DNA from: Candidatus Hodarchaeota archaeon
Lineage (GTDB): Archaea; Asgardarchaeota; Lokiarchaeia; Sigyniarchaeales; SOKP01
Length of the DNA stretch: 64,000 bases
Reading direction: 5' to 3'
Assembly: GCA_048887165.1 (NCBI GenBank)
Contig: JBHLJZ010000002.1
Location: 6,146 to 70,145, forward strand
Position 1 is the first letter of the stretch, and every line of letters starts with the position of its first letter. Positions 39,902-48,924 of this stretch are shown here, piece after piece. Under the pieces are notes generated by a model, which did not search any database, was not told the origin of the DNA, and saw only the letters and a list, made by a program, of their open reading frames with translations. A program made the position numbers and the translations under genes.

Positions 39902-41863
39902 TCAAAAATTATAATATTTCTTCATTAAATAATCTATTTCTTCTTCATCTAAATTAAATAGAAGAAAAAATAATTTATCTATAAATCCCTTAATATATAT
40001 TTGGTTTCTTTCCTTTAATGCTACTAAAATTGACTCATCGTTATAAAATGTAAAAAATTCTGATGCGTGGATTTTTTCATTTAAATTCCTCAGAACATCA
40101 GACTTATCTAAAAGATTAAACTCTATTAACCAAGAGCTCAAAAGCTTTATTAACGATATGATTGATAATTCCCTTTTAGAATTGAATAAATTCAAATTTG
40201 GAATTAATAATCCATTTTCTAATTTCGTTTTACTTCTTTTTATAGAAATGTTTTTTGCTTTAAATAGAAACCTAACTAGTTTCGAATTTAAATAAGCAAT
40301 CAGAAATAGATAAAATCCTTTGTCATACTTCGAATTAGGCCATAAAAAATAAGTGTCAGAAGTTGCAAAATAAGGATTGTCTGAATAACCAAACATATTT
40401 TCTTTAGAAATATATTTAAAAAATATTTTTGGTCTATTATCGTAAAATGGTTCAAGATCAATTAATCTCTGTTTTCTTATGTCATCAACTATAGTTATAA
40501 GACTTCCTCTTCTGGGGAAATATATGTCATGTGGATTTTCTTTTGCATTTATTAGTATTTGCTTTAAATATTTCTCGTATTGGCTTATATACAATGATAA
40601 TGTAGGATATTTTTGTTTAATTAATTTATTTCTTTCTTCAGGATTTGATGTGATAAACTCGTTCTTATTAAAATAAATTAAATAACCAATAGATTCTAGT
40701 TTCTCAAACCCGTAAGGTATAATAGACTTACTTTTATAAATTTTTTTTAATCGTCTTTTTTCAGCATCTCTCAATACATGAAATTCTTTATCAATCTTTA
40801 TTGAAATATCATTTTCATTCACTTTAAGATTAGTTCCTTGTTTTAAAATAAAAAACGCATCTTTAATTAATATTAATCCATTTCTAACAAAGAAATAGTC
40901 TTTTAAATATGATATTTTGTCATTAATTTTACAAAATCTTTTGATTTTATTAATAGTAATCTTAACTTCTTCTGGATATAATAAATTCCAACTTCCTGCC
41001 CTCTCTAGATCATGATTAGATAAGCTCGATTGATAAATCTTAATATTGGGTGAAGGTTTATCATTTATAAGTTTATAAAATATCATTTTATTATAATCTT
41101 CATCAGAAAGCGATTGAGACGTGTTTTTTTGGATATTTATCACTTCAATCTTTTTATTTGCATGTACAAGTTTTTCTTGTTCTGTTTTTTTCTGAAGAAT
41201 AAAGATACAGTTATGCTGTCCTAAAGCATTTTTAAAGATTTTTAAATTAGCTAAATCGATATATTGGATTAAAAAGCATTCATCGATAATATGAGGTTTT
41301 AAATGTTTTATCCCTGTTTTTTTAGATTTAGTAATCCAATATTTAGTTGTAATAAAGGAAAGGAGACCTCCTGGTTTTAGCATTTCTATCCCTAAATGGA
41401 TAAAGTAGTAAAATAAATCCATATTTCCGACGAAAAATTTTCTACAAATAGGAAAATGTTGTGCATAATTTTGAAAAAGTTCCGAATTATAGTTTTGTCC
41501 TAAATAAGGAGGATTTCCTATTATAACGTTGAATTTTTTATTAATATCTGCTCCTAGATAATCTTCAAATTGAAAATTTACTTGTGGATATAAAATTTCA
41601 AGGTGTTCTTTAAAGCTAGTATCAAGTTCGAATGCCGTAATTTCATTAAAATTGTGTTTAAGAAGTTGTTCTAAAAATACACCTGTACCAGTAGCAGGAT
41701 CTAAGACTTTTAAATCCTCGAATGCAATATTACATCCTTGAGTGTCTTGTGCTTTATTGATGATTTTTTTTACATTTTCAACCATGAATTTAGCAAGATA
41801 GGAAGGGGTAAAAATTTGCCCAATGGAATTATTAACTAGAGCATCGTCTTTTTTAATAATCAT
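39902..41863 (-). CDS. Gamma-class N6-adenine DNA methyltransferase (Eco57I/TaqI-like MTase plus target-recognition domain), no nuclease domain
   Basis: Motif X GQIFTP at residue about 15, motif I LDPATGTGVF, motif IV IIGNPPYLG, and LKPGGLLSFITTKYW. The long K/N/I/F-rich C-terminal region is probably a TRD. Confidence 0.85.
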   Translation of the reverse strand: MIIKKDDALVNNSIGQIFTPSYLAKFMVENVKKIINKAQDTQGCNIAFEDLKVLDPATGTGVFLEQLLKHNFNEITAFELDTSFKEHLEILYPQVNFQFEDYLGADINKKFNVIIGNPPYLGQNYNSELFQNYAQHFPICRKFFVGNMDLFYYFIHLGIEMLKPGGLLSFITTKYWITKSKKTGIKHLKPHIIDECFLIQYIDLANLKIFKNALGQHNCIFILQKKTEQEKLVHANKKIEVINIQKNTSQSLSDEDYNKMIFYKLINDKPSPNIKIYQSSLSNHDLERAGSWNLLYPEEVKITINKIKRFCKINDKISYLKDYFFVRNGLILIKDAFFILKQGTNLKVNENDISIKIDKEFHVLRDAEKRRLKKIYKSKSIIPYGFEKLESIGYLIYFNKNEFITSNPEERNKLIKQKYPTLSLYISQYEKYLKQILINAKENPHDIYFPRRGSLITIVDDIRKQRLIDLEPFYDNRPKIFFKYISKENMFGYSDNPYFATSDTYFLWPNSKYDKGFYLFLIAYLNSKLVRFLFKAKNISIKRSKTKLENGLLIPNLNLFNSKRELSIISLIKLLSSWLIEFNLLDKSDVLRNLNEKIHASEFFTFYNDESILVALKERNQIYIKGFIDKLFFLLFNLDEEEIDYLMKKYYNF

Positions 41864-41958
41864 CTAAATTTATTATTAACTTTGATATCTAAAAAGATGA
41901 TGTTTTAGAAATTAAATGAAATTTAGTACAATAAAAAAACTTGAATTTAAGAAAAAAA

Positions 41959-43503
41959 TTAATGATGATGATTATGATCGTGGGGTTTTATTTTTATATT
42001 GACTGGCCTAAGAGAGCCTATTGCCCAACCAGCTACTTCATTAAGGGAAGGATGAATTACCATTGATTTATAAATAGGCATAAATGACCCTCCTTCTGGA
42101 CAAGCACGCTCAAGTTTTGGAATATCTGCTTTTTCAGATAATTCAGGTAATACACAAGTAAATCCTGCATTCATTAAATATACAAACGGTTGTACTAATA
42201 TAGCTGCATGTGGACCTACTACATGTGCGCCCAATATTCTATAAGATTTATCAACTATTAATTTTACAAAGCCATCATCATCGTTTTCACTTTCATACCC
42301 CATTGCAAATCCCTTAGCTACCGAGGAATAATGCTTAATAGCAACAAATATTTCATGTCCATTTTCAATAGCTTCTGATTGCGTCATTCCTACATGTCCA
42401 ATTTGAGGATAAGTAAAAATAGCCCAAGGAACTGCGGAATAATCCACCGATTGTTTATTTTCTTCAGGACCAAATATATTGTTTACACATATTTCGGATT
42501 CATAATTTGCTTTATGCCGAAACTGGTATAACCCATTAGCATCTCCGATGCACCAGATATTGTTCTTATTAGTCTCAAGATAACTATTAGTTGTAATCCA
42601 GCCACGTTTATCTACTTCAATTCCCGTTTTCTCAACCTTCAGCAAATCTGCATTTGACTTTCTTCCCGCTGCAACTAAGATTTCTTCAGCTTTAATTTCT
42701 ATTTCTTCCCCAGTTTTAGTATTTTGGGCAACTATTGCTTTCATTTTATTTTTTATTTTTGCTTTAATTGCTTTATGATTTACTAATATATTCATAGTTT
42801 TCTTAAAATTTTCTGCTAAAAAATCGCTGATTTCTGGTTCCTCGGTCATAACTAAACGAGGAAGCATTTCTATAATAGTAACCTGAGTTCCGAAAGTAGA
42901 AAAGACATGTGCAAATTCTGCTGCAATTACTCCGCCTCCAATAATTATCAGGCTCTCCCAAGGCTTATGTGGAAATTTATCGCCAAAGAAATTTTCATTA
43001 GTAATATATCCTACTTCCTCTAAATTTTCAATAGGGGGTATAAACGAGCGGGCACCAGAAGCTATTACAAACTTTTCTCCCTTGAAGGTACCTATAATTT
43101 TGTTATCTTTTTTTTTTTTAACTTGCATTTCATATTCTCTGGTAAATTCACCAATACCCTTATATAAGGTAAGATTTGGAACCTGCGACAATCCTTCCTC
43201 AATTTCTTTGCTTTCATCAATCTGACTCCACATTCTCTTACTAATGAACTCCCAATCGATTTTTTCAACCCTAAAATTCACTCCAACCTTAGAAGCATGT
43301 TGTGCTTCACGAATTAAATCAGCAGGATGAACTAAAACTTTAGAAGGAATACATCCTCTGGTTAAACATGTAGCTCCAAGTTTTGTATCTTCCACTAGTG
43401 CGCATTTTAAGCCCATTTGAAGTCCTGTGTTTAATACATTTAAACCAGCCCCACTTCCAATGACTACAAGATCATATGATTCCATAAAATCAATGTTTAT
43501 CAT
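41959..43503 (-). CDS. Class I pyridine nucleotide-disulfide oxidoreductase (dihydrolipoyl dehydrogenase-like) with His-rich C-terminal tail
   Basis: FAD fold DLVVIGSGAG, redox disulfide GATCLTRGCIPSK, second Rossmann IIIGGGVIAAEF, and an interface-domain HPSLNE His-Glu pair. Ends in KPHDHNHHH. Confidence 0.8.
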   Translation of the reverse strand: MINIDFMESYDLVVIGSGAGLNVLNTGLQMGLKCALVEDTKLGATCLTRGCIPSKVLVHPADLIREAQHASKVGVNFRVEKIDWEFISKRMWSQIDESKEIEEGLSQVPNLTLYKGIGEFTREYEMQVKKKKDNKIIGTFKGEKFVIASGARSFIPPIENLEEVGYITNENFFGDKFPHKPWESLIIIGGGVIAAEFAHVFSTFGTQVTIIEMLPRLVMTEEPEISDFLAENFKKTMNILVNHKAIKAKIKNKMKAIVAQNTKTGEEIEIKAEEILVAAGRKSNADLLKVEKTGIEVDKRGWITTNSYLETNKNNIWCIGDANGLYQFRHKANYESEICVNNIFGPEENKQSVDYSAVPWAIFTYPQIGHVGMTQSEAIENGHEIFVAIKHYSSVAKGFAMGYESENDDDGFVKLIVDKSYRILGAHVVGPHAAILVQPFVYLMNAGFTCVLPELSEKADIPKLERACPEGGSFMPIYKSMVIHPSLNEVAGWAIGSLRPVNIKIKPHDHNHHH

Positions 43504-43666
43504 ATCAAATATAAAGTTTTTAGTAATGAACTAAAAACCATATTAAATATACTATAAAATGCTGTATTTCAATAAAGAGAGACTGAAAATAGAAACCAAA
43601 TAAAGTTAATAAATAAAACAATAAAAATTGGAATATTTGTTGATATCAACAATTATTCCTATAATT

Positions 43667-44596
43667 TTAACCTTTAATTATTTCCATTAATTTAGGGAAG
43701 ATTCTAGGATAATGCACGGCCATACAATGGATTCCCGCCAACAAATTTTTTTTTCTCAATTCTGAAATAAAGGGTTTGAAAAACTCGTAATTATATTGAT
43801 CATATAGTTCTTTTTGTTGGTTTTTATCAGAAATATCAGTTTTTACACTCTTCCATCTGGCTAAAATTTCTTTAGGGACGCTTACCCCAGGAACAAAAGT
43901 ATCAAAACCTTTCGCAATACCATAGCTCTTCATAGGAAAGATTCCAAGTAAGATAGGGACTTTATATCTATTAATCTCAGTTAAGAATTCAATTGTCCTG
44001 TCAAGATCATATACAACTTGCGTTTGTAAAAATTCGGCTCCTGCTTCCGCTTTTCGGCCAATCTTTAAAATCTCTGCTTCCATTGGTTCTGCATTTGGAT
44101 TTGCAGCAGCACCAACATGGAGAGTAGGGGGATGTTCAATTTCATGACCATTTACCTTTCCTGTATCAACCATTTCTCTTACAAGTTTTACTAAGGTTGC
44201 TGAATCTAAATCAAATACAGGCTTGCTTTCAGGCATATCTCCTAATGCTGTATGGTCACCCGTAAGAGAAAGAATATTCCTTAATCCTAAAGCATGACCC
44301 CCCATCAACATTCCGGCAATTCCAAGCTTATTTACATCTCTTACTGTTAATTGCCAAATTACTTCTAAATTCGCTTCCCTTTGAATAACATGTGAAGCAG
44401 CCATGCTATTAATTGTAACAATACCTAATGGGCTATCAGTTACATTTGCAGCTATGACATAAGGAGCCATTTCTTTTGCTTCATAAATAGTGTGAGAGAG
44501 ATCACATGTCTTTTCTGGCTCTAATTCACCGGTTAATATGAAATCACCTTTAACTAGGGCTTCTCCTAATCTTGAATATGTTTTCATTTCTGCCAT
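43667..44596 (-). CDS. metF: Methylenetetrahydrofolate reductase, second copy
   Basis: Same MetF signatures as copy 1 (ANVTDSP, LSLTGDH, FLQTQ, GIFPMKSY, GIHCMAV). By eye, roughly half of positions are identical to copy 1. GAGGTGA SD is upstream. Confidence 0.85.
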   Translation of the reverse strand: MAEMKTYSRLGEALVKGDFILTGELEPEKTCDLSHTIYEAKEMAPYVIAANVTDSPLGIVTINSMAASHVIQREANLEVIWQLTVRDVNKLGIAGMLMGGHALGLRNILSLTGDHTALGDMPESKPVFDLDSATLVKLVREMVDTGKVNGHEIEHPPTLHVGAAANPNAEPMEAEILKIGRKAEAGAEFLQTQVVYDLDRTIEFLTEINRYKVPILLGIFPMKSYGIAKGFDTFVPGVSVPKEILARWKSVKTDISDKNQQKELYDQYNYEFFKPFISELRKKNLLAGIHCMAVHYPRIFPKLMEIIKG

Positions 44597-44612
44597 TTTT
44601 TTAGTTCACCTC

Positions 44613-45284
44613 TTATCTAAATATAACCTCTTGTTGATGACCACTTTCAGACCAATCTCTAGCATCGCGTAATCTACTGAATAAATCTAACCTATTAATT
44701 GCTTTTAAACGATTAAATATTAATATCCATCCACAATCTTTCTCATAATTGCCAACTTCACACTTTCCATCAACCATACCACCACAAGGACCATTCATTA
44801 ATCCTTTAGCACAAGTTGCAATTGGACAAACTCCGCCTGTATAATTTAAATAACAGTCACCGCAAGCCCTACATCGCATATAAAATCTACCTATTCTTTC
44901 TGTCATACCAATAAATTTTGTGTTATTAGATATAAGAACAGGTTTCTCTGGATATTTATTTTGTAATACTGTTACTATACTTTGAACTCCAAGCCCGCAA
45001 CTGAGAGTTAAAACAGCATCTGAATCCTTTAATTCATCATCAATCTTTCGTAAGTCCTTCTTCATGACTCGATTATCGCATACATCTTCACTTACTACAA
45101 CAGAAGTAATTTGATAACCTTTTTCTTCTAATTTATTTTTCCATTCTTCAGCACCTTCAGTCCCACCAGTCTGACATAAAGCAGCACAAGTCCCACAAGA
45201 AATAAGAGCTAACTTCCTTATATTATAGTTCTCTAAAGCTTCAAAAACTTCTACATCCGGTTTTTTTGTAGTTATAACAACCAT
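44613..45284 (-). CDS. metV: MetV, second copy
   Basis: GGVCPIATCAKGLMNGPCGG...CEV motifs. Lies 16 nt upstream of metF copy 2. Confidence 0.8.
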   Translation of the reverse strand: MVVITTKKPDVEVFEALENYNIRKLALISCGTCAALCQTGGTEGAEEWKNKLEEKGYQITSVVVSEDVCDNRVMKKDLRKIDDELKDSDAVLTLSCGLGVQSIVTVLQNKYPEKPVLISNNTKFIGMTERIGRFYMRCRACGDCYLNYTGGVCPIATCAKGLMNGPCGGMVDGKCEVGNYEKDCGWILIFNRLKAINRLDLFSRLRDARDWSESGHQQEVIFR

Positions 45285-45462
45285 TTCCTACCTATCCCAA
45301 ATATGTATTTTTAAATTAAAAATTATCTTAAGAGGAGAAATTAATAAATGCATTTTAAGTTAATTATTAAAATTGAAAACAAAATTGACAAAATATTTTA
45401 TCAGAATGACTAATTTTACTCTTAAAAATTTAAAAAAAGATAAGTATAATGTTAAAATAGGA

Positions 45463-46962
45463 TCATATGAAATTGAAAGCCCCAAAAGTTAATCTATGTT
45501 TCTGTCGAATGTATAAAATTACAACTAAAGAAAGAATACTTATGATAGCGATAATCGCTATAAAAATTATAATTTCAACTGCAAATGGAACAGGAGTGAG
45601 TCCGCGGCAATAAAATATATCCATTGCATTATTTCGTCCATCGGACCAAGCTATGTGCGGGATATTGTTATAAAGCTGTATAGCAAAATATTCACCCGGT
45701 CTAGAAAACTCGCTAGAAGTAAATTCTTCTGCAATAGCAAGTTCTTCAGAAAAAACTGTCACATTTCGATAAGGACCGGTAAAATTCAAAGTTCGATAAT
45801 ATGGTTTATATTTATCTTTTTGTTCACTATAATAAACGATATGGAGTTTACCTGATCCATCAATTGCCATATCTGGGTTCCATTGATGTCCTGGAGTTGA
45901 TGGATTAACTCTTACTCTATTACTCCAAGTCGAGCCAAAATCATCTGAATATCTTAAATAAACATCCCATGTGTCTGCTTGATGATCAAATTTATCAGCC
46001 CATAATACATAAAGCCTTCCATTTTCATCAAATTCAAGAACAGGTAAGGTTCCTTTGCTGGCGTATCCTCCAACAGTTTCAAACATGCAGTAATTACCAT
46101 CTAAGTTTATAATTTCTGGAGGATCAAATGTTAAGCCCCCATCTATGCTCTTGGTAAAATACAAATTTCCACCTGATTCAGGGACCCAAGACCATGCAAT
46201 GAAGATTTCTCCTGTACTATTTAAAGTTATATATGGGCCTACGAAGTAATAATCTTCTCCTAAGCTTAGGATTTCTTGATATGTATTTCCTTCATCTAAT
46301 GATCGACTAACTCTCACAGTTGCATTCCCATTTGGATTGATATCGATATCATCATATACAACGTAAATGGTATTATTTTCTCCAACTACAATCGTCTCTT
46401 TATCTGCAAAATAAGCTCCATCTGTTGCATTGACGGTAATCCACGTCTCACCATCATCATAACTTTTAGCAACAGTAATCTGCGTAAGATAACCACCTTC
46501 TGGATCTATAAAGTACTGATTTTCAAATTCGAGATAAGCATAATATATCGTATCATTATACCAGTAGAGCCAAGGATCAGACTGTCTTGTTGTTCGCCCC
46601 TCAAACATAGGCATATTGTATGGATTAGTCCAAGTCTCTCCTTCATCAGTTGATCTTACAACACTTACTCTCGCTCCCCCGCCATTATGAGTCTCTGAAT
46701 TCTTCCATCCTACAAAGATAATTCCGTCATCACTTATAGCCATTGAGACTTCTACATGATGTGGGTAAATACTATCATCAATTGATAAGCATCTATCATT
46801 AGAAAATGCCAATATCTCAGGATAAACCTCCTGATTTAACTTAACTTCATATCCAGTATTAAAATAAAGTTTAAAGGAAGCCAAAAAGGGTAGTAATGGT
46901 TCAATCGTGAATAAAATAATAACAAATAATTTTATTATTATTATTCTATTTGACAATTTCAT
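45463..46962 (-). CDS. BNR/Asp-box repeat beta-propeller protein (sialidase-like fold), signal peptide plus C-terminal TM anchor
   Basis: Five Asp-box motifs (STDEGETW, SYDDGETW, SLDEGNTY, SIDGGLTF, SDDFGSTW). Hydrophobic N-terminal leader and C-terminal TM. Confidence 0.75.
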   Translation of the reverse strand: MKLSNRIIIIKLFVIILFTIEPLLPFLASFKLYFNTGYEVKLNQEVYPEILAFSNDRCLSIDDSIYPHHVEVSMAISDDGIIFVGWKNSETHNGGGARVSVVRSTDEGETWTNPYNMPMFEGRTTRQSDPWLYWYNDTIYYAYLEFENQYFIDPEGGYLTQITVAKSYDDGETWITVNATDGAYFADKETIVVGENNTIYVVYDDIDINPNGNATVRVSRSLDEGNTYQEILSLGEDYYFVGPYITLNSTGEIFIAWSWVPESGGNLYFTKSIDGGLTFDPPEIINLDGNYCMFETVGGYASKGTLPVLEFDENGRLYVLWADKFDHQADTWDVYLRYSDDFGSTWSNRVRVNPSTPGHQWNPDMAIDGSGKLHIVYYSEQKDKYKPYYRTLNFTGPYRNVTVFSEELAIAEEFTSSEFSRPGEYFAIQLYNNIPHIAWSDGRNNAMDIFYCRGLTPVPFAVEIIIFIAIIAIISILSLVVILYIRQKHRLTFGAFNFI

Positions 46963-47076
46963 TTTCTTTAAATATAAACATTATTAACTTAAATTTATTA
47001 AGATGATAAGATACTTTGATTAATTAAATTTATTCTAATTTTAATTAGGTAAAAAAAAAAGATAGAATTAATAAAT

Positions 47077-48555
47077 TCAGATGCTTAACATATAAGGTAA
47101 TATTTTTACTAAGGGTACCGCTAAGCCACCCAATAAAGAGCCAATAGATGACAATTTCTTAAGATATGCTTTTAAATCCTTGGTAACTTTAATTACTCGT
47201 GTTTTACCCTCGATAATAATGCCGTTTTCAGATAATAAGAAAATTTGTATTGTTTGTTCGCCAGTTTGCCTTGGCTCCAAGGTAAGCCAGATAGTATCCC
47301 CATTTTCAAGCATACTAGAAAGAACTCCTGCTATATCTTGTCCACCTGGGGATATTAAAGGAATGGGTTTATCTGGAATTAAAAATGTACCCCTCCCTTC
47401 CACCTTTATATCAAGTTTTAATTTGCTAGGTTCAAATCCAGGCGCATTTACTTTTATAATATAATTTTTATCTTCAGGGGCATTATTATAAAGGAATACC
47501 ATAACGTTTAATTCTCGATTTAAATATACCACCTCTTGAGCAGTAGAATCCATATATATAGGATCGTTTGAAATCCGCTCAATATTATCAGCTAACTCCA
47601 GTTGGAGTCTATCAATTATATTAAAAAAACCAGGGTTATACTCTTTAATATAATTGAATAATTTATAGATATCTTTCGTAGAAAAATACCAAGAACCTTC
47701 AATTAATAATCCTCTATCAACATCAAAATCAACAGAGTCTACATTAATAATCTCTTTCAGCTCTCTGGCAAATTGATCGTCATTTAATACCCCTTGATAC
47801 TTAAGATAATATAAAAATAAGATAGACTCAACCGCGAAAGTTACAGGTAATTCTTCTTCTTCTTGCTCCCTTACTTTTTGAACGAAATTAGGATTTAAAA
47901 TTTTATTTAAGCCAACTAAATACTCATCCCATTTAAGAAATGTAACAGGATCAAGATGGTCTGAAAACACTTCAGCAAAAAAATTATCTAAGAAGATCTT
48001 ATGAGTCGTAGGTTTGTAAAAATCTTGTAGTCCATTAACATTATGTATATTTAGGTTTAAACTCCTAATTAGAATTGCTAAACCTAAACCAACTAAAGAA
48101 AAACCTGCAGCAAGAAATCCAATGTTTAGGTCAATTAAAACTAGCATAACGATAAATAACCCAAGAGCAACAAAGCAAATTAGTGCAATAATCTTTAATA
48201 AATTCACCACTCTCTTTACACTGCTAGATAACATATCAAATCCATCTAAACTGTCTATGGGGCGACCTCTTTTTCGTTCAAATTTCAATCTTAATTTAAG
48301 TGATGAGTTAGTAGAATTTGCACCTAGCAGCAACATGATAGAATTAAATGCATAAAGTGCTAAAATGATGAGAAATATAATGTTTAGAGTAAAATTGAGA
48401 GCCTGAATAAATGCTAAAATGGTAACAATTACCAATATAATTGGTAAAATAAATAGCAAAAGTTTTCCAACTTTGGATATGTAAGATACTAATCTCCCCT
48501 GAAAACGTTCTTTTTTTATAATTTTTGATAAGTCCTTTTCTAACTGTCTTTCCAT
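47077..48555 (-). CDS. Hypothetical membrane protein with beta-rich C-terminal domain
   Basis: ORF with 4-5 TM segments in the N-terminal half and a final TM. No recognised family. Confidence 0.5.
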   Translation of the reverse strand: MERQLEKDLSKIIKKERFQGRLVSYISKVGKLLLFILPIILVIVTILAFIQALNFTLNIIFLIILALYAFNSIMLLLGANSTNSSLKLRLKFERKRGRPIDSLDGFDMLSSSVKRVVNLLKIIALICFVALGLFIVMLVLIDLNIGFLAAGFSLVGLGLAILIRSLNLNIHNVNGLQDFYKPTTHKIFLDNFFAEVFSDHLDPVTFLKWDEYLVGLNKILNPNFVQKVREQEEEELPVTFAVESILFLYYLKYQGVLNDDQFARELKEIINVDSVDFDVDRGLLIEGSWYFSTKDIYKLFNYIKEYNPGFFNIIDRLQLELADNIERISNDPIYMDSTAQEVVYLNRELNVMVFLYNNAPEDKNYIIKVNAPGFEPSKLKLDIKVEGRGTFLIPDKPIPLISPGGQDIAGVLSSMLENGDTIWLTLEPRQTGEQTIQIFLLSENGIIIEGKTRVIKVTKDLKAYLKKLSSIGSLLGGLAVPLVKILPYMLSI

Positions 48556-48924
48556 TATTTATTTCCCTTTAAATTTATTATATCGAAAATTATATTATTA
48601 ACAATTATACTCCTCTAATTTATATTTATTGATTGCTCAAAAACAAATGATTTTTTAAAAAATATTAGAATAAACCATTTATATTAATTTGTTGAAACAT
48701 ATTCAATTTTTAATAAAAAAGACAAAGATAATCTAAAATATATGGTAATAGGAAGGTAAAAAATACGTAATGATATGCCATGAGCACATGTCTAACACTG
48801 AAGCTTGGAATCAAAATTTAGGTATAGCACATTTTTTTATCCAACAGGTTTGGGTATGGTGGGCTGCTCAACAGATTGTTATTATCCAAGAATTGGATAA
48901 AAAGAAGTAATAAATAAAAATTCT

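Noticed and set aside
39902-41863. Type IIG restriction-modification enzyme or BREX PglX assignment for the methyltransferase.
   Set aside because: The MTase motifs begin at residue about 15, so there is no N-terminal nuclease. The protein is about half the size of PglX, and no BREX or DISARM partner genes flank it.
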